Shown one piece after another: positions 27,742 through 34,913 of a stretch of DNA of 64,000 nt. This stretch comes from Saprospiraceae bacterium (GTDB lineage Bacteria; Bacteroidota; Bacteroidia; Chitinophagales; Saprospiraceae). The position numbers and the translations under genes were made by a program. The stretch covers positions 12,206 to 76,205 of the forward strand of contig JBGAWQ010000014.1 of the NCBI GenBank assembly GCA_044227555.1, written 5' to 3'. The notes beneath the pieces were generated by a model, which did no database searches, was not told the origin of the DNA, and saw only the letters and a list, made by a program, of their open reading frames with translations. Numbering within the stretch: the first letter of the stretch is position 1; every line of letters starts with the position of its first letter.

Positions 27742-29427
27742 TTAGTCCTTTATGCTCTTTTCCAATATGCGGATTAGCATACTCATCAGAAGACCCGGTA
27801 TCATGACCAGAACACATCCAAGTACATTATACCAGAGAAAGCCAAGGTCTGTCGTCAGGTAACACAGCAGTACAATCCCTTCCGCCAGAATAGCCGAGAG
27901 AAATACAGCGTGTCTGTGCATCTTCGGGAGCAGGAAAGCTGACAGGAATATGCCCAGGATGGTTCCGTAAAACAGCGAACCCACGATATTGACAAACTGG
28001 ATAAGGTTTTCAAACAAGCTGCCCACATTGGCTAATAGAATAGCCACGATGCCCCAGCCGATGGTGAACCATCTTGCCATTTTTACATAATGGGCATCTG
28101 ATGCATCATGCCGAATCAAACGTTTATAGAAATCGACGGAAGTCGTCGAACCCAATGCGTTGAGTTCTGAAGCCGTACTGGACATGCCTGCCGCAAGGAT
28201 AGCGGTAATCAGGAGGCCTATGATACCATGCGGGAGATAATCCAGGATAAATCGGATAAAAACATAATCCTTGTCATTGACTTCGGCTTCGGGGAGGTTG
28301 GCCTGGATGATCGTCTTTGCTTCCGATCGTAAGGATCTTTCCTTCGACATGCTTTTTGATAGCAAGTCTTTATCCGGGAGATTGGTTTTGTTGTCGAGGT
28401 ATGGCTGATAAATAAGCTTTCTGTTTTCTTGTTCCTGATTCCATTCGTGTTGTAGCTGAGTATATTCGGTGCCACCCGGTGAGGCTAACACCTCTTTTTC
28501 TATATGGCTGTTGAAGAAAACCGGAGAGGGTTGAAACTGATAAAATACAAAGACCATGACCCCGGTCAGCAGGATAAAAAACTGCATCGGGATCTTGAAT
28601 ATCGCATTGAAAAGGAGGCCTAGCCTGCTCTCGCGGATATTTTGGCCGGAGATGTATCGTTGAGCCTGTGACTGATCCGTTCCGAAATAGGCGAGTGCGA
28701 GAAAGGTGCCTCCTGTGATTCCTGACCAAAAGGTGTATCGGTTGTCCCAGTCGATATTGAAATCCACCAATTTAAGTTTGTCATGCATCCCTGCCACATG
28801 CAGTGCATCCCACAATCCAAGTTGACGGGGTAGTCCGTGGAGTGTGATAAAAAAGGCTACAAACAAGCCTCCGATCATGACGGCCATCTGCAATTGGTGA
28901 GAGGCACTGACGGCTTTGGTGCCGCCGATCGCGGTGTACAAGGTGACCGCTGCGCCAATGAGCAGGATGGTCAGGCTGAGATTCCATCCCAGGATACTCG
29001 AGAAGATAATCGCGGGGGCAAAGATGGTAATGGCAGCACCAAGACCTCTTTGAATCAGAAATAGAAAAGCCGCGAAGAGGCGTGTTTTCAGGTCGAATCG
29101 TTTTTCCAAAAACTCATAGACCGTAAACACCCTCATGTTGACGTATCTCGGAATAAAAAATATACAGATGATCACCATGGCTATGGGCAGTCCGAAATAA
29201 AACTGGACAAACCGCATCCCGTCGTCATAAGCCTGGCCGGGGGTGGACAGGAAGGTAATGGCACTCGCTTGCGTAGCCATGACAGACAGACCAATGGTCC
29301 ACCATTTGGCCGCATGATCTCCCATCAGATAGGCATCTATGCTCTGATGTTTACGGGTCTTCCAAATACCGTAGACAATGATAAATGCGGTGGCGCAAAT
29401 CAATACAATCCAGTCCAGGATACTCAT
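27742..29427 (-). CDS. Sodium:solute symporter family (SSF) transporter
   Basis: About 13 hydrophobic helices with SSF-like N-terminal motifs (GDHAAKWWTIGLSVMATQASAITFLSTPG). ATG at 29427 preferred over the TTG at 29433. Confidence 0.85.
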   Translation of the reverse strand: MSILDWIVLICATAFIIVYGIWKTRKHQSIDAYLMGDHAAKWWTIGLSVMATQASAITFLSTPGQAYDDGMRFVQFYFGLPIAMVIICIFFIPRYVNMRVFTVYEFLEKRFDLKTRLFAAFLFLIQRGLGAAITIFAPAIIFSSILGWNLSLTILLIGAAVTLYTAIGGTKAVSASHQLQMAVMIGGLFVAFFITLHGLPRQLGLWDALHVAGMHDKLKLVDFNIDWDNRYTFWSGITGGTFLALAYFGTDQSQAQRYISGQNIRESRLGLLFNAIFKIPMQFFILLTGVMVFVFYQFQPSPVFFNSHIEKEVLASPGGTEYTQLQHEWNQEQENRKLIYQPYLDNKTNLPDKDLLSKSMSKERSLRSEAKTIIQANLPEAEVNDKDYVFIRFILDYLPHGIIGLLITAILAAGMSSTASELNALGSTTSVDFYKRLIRHDASDAHYVKMARWFTIGWGIVAILLANVGSLFENLIQFVNIVGSLFYGTILGIFLSAFLLPKMHRHAVFLSAILAEGIVLLCYLTTDLGFLWYNVLGCVLVMIPGLLMSMLIRILEKSIKD

Positions 29428-29429
29428 CG

Positions 29430-29552
29430 TCAATCGATATTGAAATACATCCGCATCACGTAAAATAAGATGATCAGTACTGCATTGAACAGCAGAATAA
29501 ACATGTATATTTTATACCATGGGGTCGAAGACGGTTCAGGCGCAGGGCTCAT
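29430..29552 (-). CDS. 40-aa single-TM micropeptide, translationally coupled to the symporter (candidate)
   Basis: ATG..TGA ORF MSPAPEPSSTPWYKIYMFILLFNAVLIILFYVMRMYFNID, not in the ORF track (<60 aa). Its stop lies 2 nt before the symporter ATG. Confidence 0.4.
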   Translation of the reverse strand: MSPAPEPSSTPWYKIYMFILLFNAVLIILFYVMRMYFNID

Positions 29553-29601
29553 GAGTGCGGTAGATCTTTATGAATGGATATCCGGGTTTCTGAAGAGAGC
29601 G

Positions 29602-32109
29602 TTATGATTTTCCATTTTTATAGCCCAACGAAATGAGATTACTTAGTAAGCGGTATGGACCAGGGTTGCCGGCGGGAAGATGTCTGAACCAGGAGAGACC
29701 GCTATACACATAATATCCTTTTCCGTAGGGCGCCACCAGTAAAGCACCTTTGGTTGGAGCTTCACCGGTATCATTCATTTCCAGGAGCGGAAGGAAATGT
29801 TCGTCCCATTTATTTGGGAAATAAAGGCCTCGTTCCTGTACCCAGCCTTTAAAATCTTCCTGGTTAATTTTGTTGGGAAAAAGCATGGCCGGATGATTAG
29901 GATCGAGGATGGTCACCGGGGCATTTTCTTCTGTGACGCGGTCGCGGGACAAGCTAAGCGGGAAGGGTGCTACCTCTTCCGTGACCAGCCCGCGACTGAC
30001 ATTATATTGAGTGATGAGGCTGCCACCTTCTGAAACCCAATCAAACAGTATATGATTTTTGTAAGTAAGGGCATCCACCGTATTATACGCTCTCACGCCC
30101 AATATCACCACCTGGTATCCCGCAAGTACATCTGGTGTCAACTGATCTGCTTCCATGATGTCAACCTGGTATCCGATTTGTCTCAATGAAGCAGGGACTT
30201 CATCGCCCGCTCCGGGGATATAGGCGATTTTCCTTGGCGTTATTTTGATTTCCATACTCTGCAGATGAACCGTTGCATCACGAACAACGGAGAGGTATGG
30301 AATATGATCATAATCCAGCGTGGTGATTTTGTGGTGATAGTCTGTGCCGTTGATCGTGATGACCGGAAGGAGGTCTGCGGTGGAGGTCTGATCGGGCGGT
30401 GTAATAGTACATTCGATCGTTTTTGATTCACCTGCTCTTGTAAATGTCCATGCTATATTTTCTGGGGTGACTTTCCATCCGTCTTTGGAGGTCTTCAAGT
30501 GCAGTTGTCCTTCAATGCTGTCTTGAACAGCAGTGAGACTTAGCGTCACAGTTCTTTTTATGCCCTGCTCAAAAACCAGAACTTCATTGTCTGCCACAAC
30601 GGTTACTGGTGGGACAGTGGAGATCGGACGGGTGATTTCCCCTTCGGCAGGGTCAACGGTTTTATAGATTACAGGTGTCGTTAGCGTAAGTGGGGTGCCC
30701 AAAACTGACAGATTGATTTTTGCGGTCAGTTCAGGAGGATTTGCAGGCAGGCCTCGCATCTTTTGGTCCTCTACCACATACATTCCTTCGGTGGGATGTT
30801 GATCCAGCCAATAGGGAATGCTGAGATGGTGGGGTGACATGATGGTGAGTTCTCGCTGGAAACCCTGATTGTATGCAAGAGGCATTGAAAAGGTGATGAT
30901 GGAGTCTCCTGTGGAGGGTTGCATGGAGAGGAGTTGTACATCAACATCAGATCGGTTGATAACTTCTAAAAAGACATTCAGGGGGGCGTCCGGTTCGGTT
31001 TTATAGATGTTGCAGCGAACTTCGGCGAACAGACCCAGGCAAGACCAGATGAGGTTTTCGCATTCGGTGAGTTTTATTTTTTTCCAATTGGATTCCGGGA
31101 GTGCTGAAATCGATTTATAGATATCAAGGAGTGCGGGTACACTCCTGGAGGGCGATTTAAAGTCGTAGTTGTTTTGAAGTTCACGAACCTTTTGCGCGAT
31201 GAGGGCGCCGCCTTCCAGTCGATTCCAGGTGATATCTATGCCGTCAAACAGTGTTGAGGGTATGGTTCCATTTGCGTCTTTGATGAGTTCGATGTAGTCC
31301 AGGCTTTCTCCGCGGGTTTCAGCAGAACCAAAGCCCTGGCTCTTGTGCATGCTTCTGCTTCGGCCGGCAATTTCGCTATTGGATTCGCCGGTGATGGGGT
31401 CAAAGGAACCGATGTCAATACCGAGCATTCTTGATTTATCCACCTTGGCAAAAGCTTCCTGGGAGCCATAAAACCACCAGCTTGTATTCCAGAAAATACG
31501 ACGGGGCTGCCATGGCTGAGTTAAGGATAGTTGTTCGGGGTAGGATGTTGTTTTACCTGCCAGGTCAAACGCTTCGACTGAGAGGATGGCTGATGCTGTG
31601 TGGTGGCCGTGATTTGGGCGAGAGGTGTCTGTGTTGAATCTGTTGATGATGACATCAGGTTGGGTGTTGCGGATGGCCCAAACCACATCGCTGAGTACGT
31701 CCTCTCTGTTCCATATTTGAAACGTTTCGGCGGGGGTTTTGGAATAACCGAAGTCATTTGCACGAGTGAAGCGTTGGTCACCACCGTCGATGGATCTTGC
31801 GCCCAGGAGCTCATAGGTTCGTATGAGACCCAGCATCTCACGGATTTCAGGACCGATGAGGTTTTGTCCACCATCCCCACGGGTCATCGAAAGGTAGGTG
31901 GTGTGTACCGAGAGATGATTGGACAAGTAGCTGATCAACCGGGTATTTTCATCATCGGGATGAGCGGCTACATAGAGGACATTGGCCAGAACGCCGAGTT
32001 TTTCCATGTCCCGATAGATGTCCTGAGCTCCTTTCTGGGCATACAGATTTGAACAATGGGTGGTGAATCCAAGAAGTAAAGTGATCAGGGTGGTGTAAAA
32101 TGATTTCAT
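29602..32109 (-). CDS. PIG-L/LmbE-family deacetylase fused to large C-terminal beta-rich and GATase1-like domains, secreted
   Basis: Signal peptide MKSFYTTLITLLLGF... PIG-L motifs VAAHPDDENT and TRGDGGQN. C-terminal KIAYIPGAGDEV..YQVVILGVRAYN. ATG at 32109 chosen. Confidence 0.7.
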   Translation of the reverse strand: MKSFYTTLITLLLGFTTHCSNLYAQKGAQDIYRDMEKLGVLANVLYVAAHPDDENTRLISYLSNHLSVHTTYLSMTRGDGGQNLIGPEIREMLGLIRTYELLGARSIDGGDQRFTRANDFGYSKTPAETFQIWNREDVLSDVVWAIRNTQPDVIINRFNTDTSRPNHGHHTASAILSVEAFDLAGKTTSYPEQLSLTQPWQPRRIFWNTSWWFYGSQEAFAKVDKSRMLGIDIGSFDPITGESNSEIAGRSRSMHKSQGFGSAETRGESLDYIELIKDANGTIPSTLFDGIDITWNRLEGGALIAQKVRELQNNYDFKSPSRSVPALLDIYKSISALPESNWKKIKLTECENLIWSCLGLFAEVRCNIYKTEPDAPLNVFLEVINRSDVDVQLLSMQPSTGDSIITFSMPLAYNQGFQRELTIMSPHHLSIPYWLDQHPTEGMYVVEDQKMRGLPANPPELTAKINLSVLGTPLTLTTPVIYKTVDPAEGEITRPISTVPPVTVVADNEVLVFEQGIKRTVTLSLTAVQDSIEGQLHLKTSKDGWKVTPENIAWTFTRAGESKTIECTITPPDQTSTADLLPVITINGTDYHHKITTLDYDHIPYLSVVRDATVHLQSMEIKITPRKIAYIPGAGDEVPASLRQIGYQVDIMEADQLTPDVLAGYQVVILGVRAYNTVDALTYKNHILFDWVSEGGSLITQYNVSRGLVTEEVAPFPLSLSRDRVTEENAPVTILDPNHPAMLFPNKINQEDFKGWVQERGLYFPNKWDEHFLPLLEMNDTGEAPTKGALLVAPYGKGYYVYSGLSWFRHLPAGNPGPYRLLSNLISLGYKNGKS

Positions 32110-32479
32110 ACGTGTCGTGACAATTTCGGTTAAAGCTACATATAACAAACCGGGTGAATGCTTTAGCGGTTGTCTTCCAGCTGTCAACACCAGGGAAATA
32201 AAATTTTGTAGAAAGGTTATAATAAGATATAAAAAATCCTCACCTTAGCCCAAGTTAACGAATTGATCACCCGGATTGTTTATGTTGATTTTGCTTGTCA
32301 CCCTTACTGTGTTTATTACCAGCGGATTGATCTTCCTGGTCAAGCTCGGCACCAGTCGGAAATAAACTGACCTTGACCCGGCGACCTGATATGCAGGTCA
32401 ATGGTGCAGCGGGATCTTTCTGAAAGTTCCTGACGCTAACCTGCGCCATTGTTTCAGACTAATTCTTCCCTTCTTCCTT

Positions 32480-32487
32480 TACCTTTG
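32480..32487 (+). promoter_or_regulatory. Candidate -7 element TACCTTTG for ribA
   Basis: TAnnTTTG match 26 nt before the ATG at 32513. Confidence 0.35.
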
Positions 32488-32512
32488 CCTTTCCTTTTTT
32501 GTTTATCTATCC

Positions 32513-33094
32513 ATGCAGAAGCAGGTTCATTCAAGTATTCCTACCTCCGGCGGTCTTTGGTATATCGATGCATATGCTGATAGCGATCATGAGGTCATGC
32601 CTCATCTGGCTATATATCCTCCCGGGCTGGATCCGGAGGAGCCTGTGATCGTGCGGGTGCATTCAGAGTGTTTTACTGGTGATGTCCTGGGATCCCAACG
32701 ATGTGATTGCGGGTCACAGTTGCACAAGAGCCTAGAAATCATTACCCGGGAGAAGGGGGTTTTGATTTATCTGAGGCAAGAAGGGCGTGGAATTGGCCTC
32801 ATCAATAAATTGAAAGCGTATAACCTGCAGGATGAGGGCTTTAATACGATTGATGCCAATCATCAACTGGGTTTTGAGACGGATGAGCGTGAGTATCATA
32901 TAGCGACGCTAATTCTTCGAGACCTTGGCATTCGCCGTATTCGATTGTTGACCAATAATCCCGAGAAAGTGAATTCGCTGGTCCGCGAAGGCATTGAGAT
33001 TGTGGATCGTGTACCGTTATTGGTGGTTCCCAATGAGGACAATGAGGAGTATCTGAGGGTGAAGCGTGATTTGATGGGGCACTTTTTAGAGTAG
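32513..33094 (+). CDS. ribA: GTP cyclohydrolase II
   Basis: VRVHSECFTGDVLGSQRCDCGSQL and YLRQEGRGIGLINK motifs. Confidence 0.95.
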   Translation: MQKQVHSSIPTSGGLWYIDAYADSDHEVMPHLAIYPPGLDPEEPVIVRVHSECFTGDVLGSQRCDCGSQLHKSLEIITREKGVLIYLRQEGRGIGLINKLKAYNLQDEGFNTIDANHQLGFETDEREYHIATLILRDLGIRRIRLLTNNPEKVNSLVREGIEIVDRVPLLVVPNEDNEEYLRVKRDLMGHFLE

Positions 33095-33142
33095 TGAGGG
33101 GTGAGGGGTGAGTGGTGAGGGGTGAGTGGTCAATGGTGAGTA
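33094..33142 (+). repeat. Seven tandem heptamers GTGAGGG/GTGAGTG
   Basis: gtgaggg gtgaggg gtgagtg gtgaggg gtgagtg gtcaatg gtgagta, starting at the last base of the ribA stop codon. Confidence 0.9.
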
Positions 33143-33339
33143 GGCATTGTAAGGTGGAAAACTTTACTGAGCCTCAATAAGGAATGTTTCGACTCCGCTC
33201 GGCACGAGTAGTCAAGAGGGAAGTTGAAGTAAGAAGAAATAGTTTTTAAGCGATGGATATGGCAGCATCATTGCCCCGTAGGGGCTAAAGGTTGGTAGCT
33301 GTCGGGAGGGTATGTTTTTGAGTCATATAAGCAGAAACC

Positions 33340-34104
33340 ATGGAGGATGAAAGATTGATAGCGTTTGGGCGGTTGCTCAGGATTATGGATGAATTGCGGG
33401 AGCAATGTCCGTGGGATCGCAAGCAGGATATTCATTCCTTGCGGAATCTGACGATTGAGGAGACCTATGAGTTGGCGGACGCCATTTTAAAGGAGGATTG
33501 GCCGGGGATTGGGGAAGAGTTGGGGGATTTATTGCTTCATATTGTTTTCTATGCGCGAATTGGGCGTGAGCAGGGTCGGTTTGATATCGGATCGGTGATC
33601 ACGGACATCTGTGAGAAACTGATTAGGCGGCATCCGCATATCTATGGGGAGACCAAGGTCAGCGGGGAGGAGGATGTCAAACGCAACTGGGAGTCTATCA
33701 AGATGCGTGAGGGTAAGAAATCGGTGCTATCGGGGGTGCCGGATTCCTTGCCGGCGATGATCAAGGCCTATCGGATGCAGGATAAGACCAGGCAGGTGGG
33801 ATTTGAGTGGGAGGATGAGTCACAGGTTTGGGCCAAAGTCGAAGAAGAATTGGAGGAATTCAGGGAGGAGGTTCGGAAAGGGACGGACAAGGCGGCTTTG
33901 GAAGATGAGTTTGGGGATATCTTGTTTTCCCTGATCAATTTTGCCCGTTATAAAGGTATAGATCCGGAGACCGCATTGGAGCGGGTCAATCTTAAGTTTA
34001 AGCGACGATTTGAGTATATCGAATCCAGGGCGCCAAGGCCTTTGCAGGAGATGACCCTTGGGGAGATGGATGCCCTTTGGAATGAGGCCAAGGGCTTGGA
34101 ATAA
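33340..34104 (+). CDS. mazG: Nucleoside triphosphate pyrophosphohydrolase MazG
   Basis: CPWDRKQ, EETYELADAI, EELGDLLLHIVF and EFGDILFSLINFAR motifs (tandem MazG domains). Confidence 0.93.
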   Translation: MEDERLIAFGRLLRIMDELREQCPWDRKQDIHSLRNLTIEETYELADAILKEDWPGIGEELGDLLLHIVFYARIGREQGRFDIGSVITDICEKLIRRHPHIYGETKVSGEEDVKRNWESIKMREGKKSVLSGVPDSLPAMIKAYRMQDKTRQVGFEWEDESQVWAKVEEELEEFREEVRKGTDKAALEDEFGDILFSLINFARYKGIDPETALERVNLKFKRRFEYIESRAPRPLQEMTLGEMDALWNEAKGLE

Positions 34105-34116
34105 GACGAGAACCTC

Positions 34117-34335
34117 CAGGATAAATTTTCTTTGCTCGTTCGGCCCCTGTCCTAACTTCGGCTCCGCTCAGCACATCGTTTGAAGGGCGAATTATTGATT
34201 GGAAGAGGGTTAAAAAGGTGTATAAATTACCAGGATAAAAGCTTCTTTGCTCGTTCGGCCCCTGTCCTACTTCGGCTCCGCTCAGCACATCGCCTAAAGG
34301 GCGAATTAATGATGGGAAGGAGTTTAAAAAGGTGT
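34117..34335 (+). repeat. Two tandem ~105-nt copies of the dispersed intergenic repeat
   Basis: Copies at 34117-34221 and 34230-34335 are roughly 85-90 percent identical by eye. Core CTTCGGCTCCGCTCAGCAC. Hairpins CGTT-TGAA-GGGCG and CGCC-TAAA-GGGCG. Confidence 0.9.
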
Positions 34336-34377
34336 TCTTGAATAAATAGTCAGGCAGTTGGATTCCGGATAAATCCG

Positions 34378-34385
34378 TATCTTTG
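34378..34385 (+). promoter_or_regulatory. Candidate -7 element TATCTTTG for rpsO
   Basis: TAnnTTTG match 55 nt before the ATG. The same 12-mer TATCTTTGCGCC precedes ruvX. Confidence 0.45.
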
Positions 34386-34439
34386 CGCCTCGAAAAATTG
34401 TAAAGCTATTATTTCGTCATTATTAAAGCGTCAAATGAC

Positions 34440-34715
34440 ATGCCTATTTATCTAACTGCACAGAAGAAAAACGAACTCTTCACCCAATTTGGGGGCTCGG
34501 CATCCAACACCGGGTCAACCGAATCGCAGGTAGCCTTGATGACATTGAGAATCAATGAGTTGTCTAAGCACCTGCAATCCAATTCCAAGGATAATTCCTG
34601 TAAGCGGGCTCTCCTGACCATGGTTGGACAGCGCAAGCGATTGCTGCACTACCTCATGAAAAAGGATATCAAGGGATACCGCGAAATCATCGAAAAGTTG
34701 GGTATCCGTAAGTAA
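34440..34715 (+). CDS. rpsO: 30S ribosomal protein S15
   Basis: GSTESQVALMTLRINELSKHL..RKRLLHYL. Confidence 0.97.
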   Translation: MPIYLTAQKKNELFTQFGGSASNTGSTESQVALMTLRINELSKHLQSNSKDNSCKRALLTMVGQRKRLLHYLMKKDIKGYREIIEKLGIRK

Positions 34716-34913
34716 TTCTTCCGGCGGTGTGCAGCTGATGGTGCATATGTAGTTGCCCGGAGAATTAGATACTCTCAATTTCAAGGTTGTTTTTTGCCTT
34801 AGATCCTGGTGTATTCCGGCCGATGGCCCGTACCTGAATGTCTGCGTCACTGCTCCTGACATTTAAGGCTAACGTATTATATACCACATCACAACAAATT
34901 AAAAATAAATTAT

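Noticed and set aside
32267-32449. 60-aa minus-strand ORF MAQVSVRNFQKD... in the PIG-L / ribA spacer.
   Set aside because: It has no recognisable motif and a hydrophilic, low-complexity C-terminus. It sits between two divergent promoters. It is retained only as part of the low-interest structural observation.
32191-32512. FMN (RFN) riboswitch upstream of ribA.
   Set aside because: I could not find the conserved RFN core segments by eye. A good TAnnTTTG motif at 32480 leaves only a ~20-nt leader. An Infernal search with RF00050 would settle it.
34117-34335. Possible CRISPR array.
   Set aside because: There are only two ~105-nt units separated by 8 nt. The units are imperfect and far longer than CRISPR repeats. 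No cas genes are present in the window.
34716-34913. RNase III-type autoregulatory hairpin in the rpsO-pnp spacer, as in E. coli.
   Set aside because: Only weak, interrupted helices could be drawn by hand (TTCTTCCGG../..CCGGAGAA). That is not enough to call a feature.
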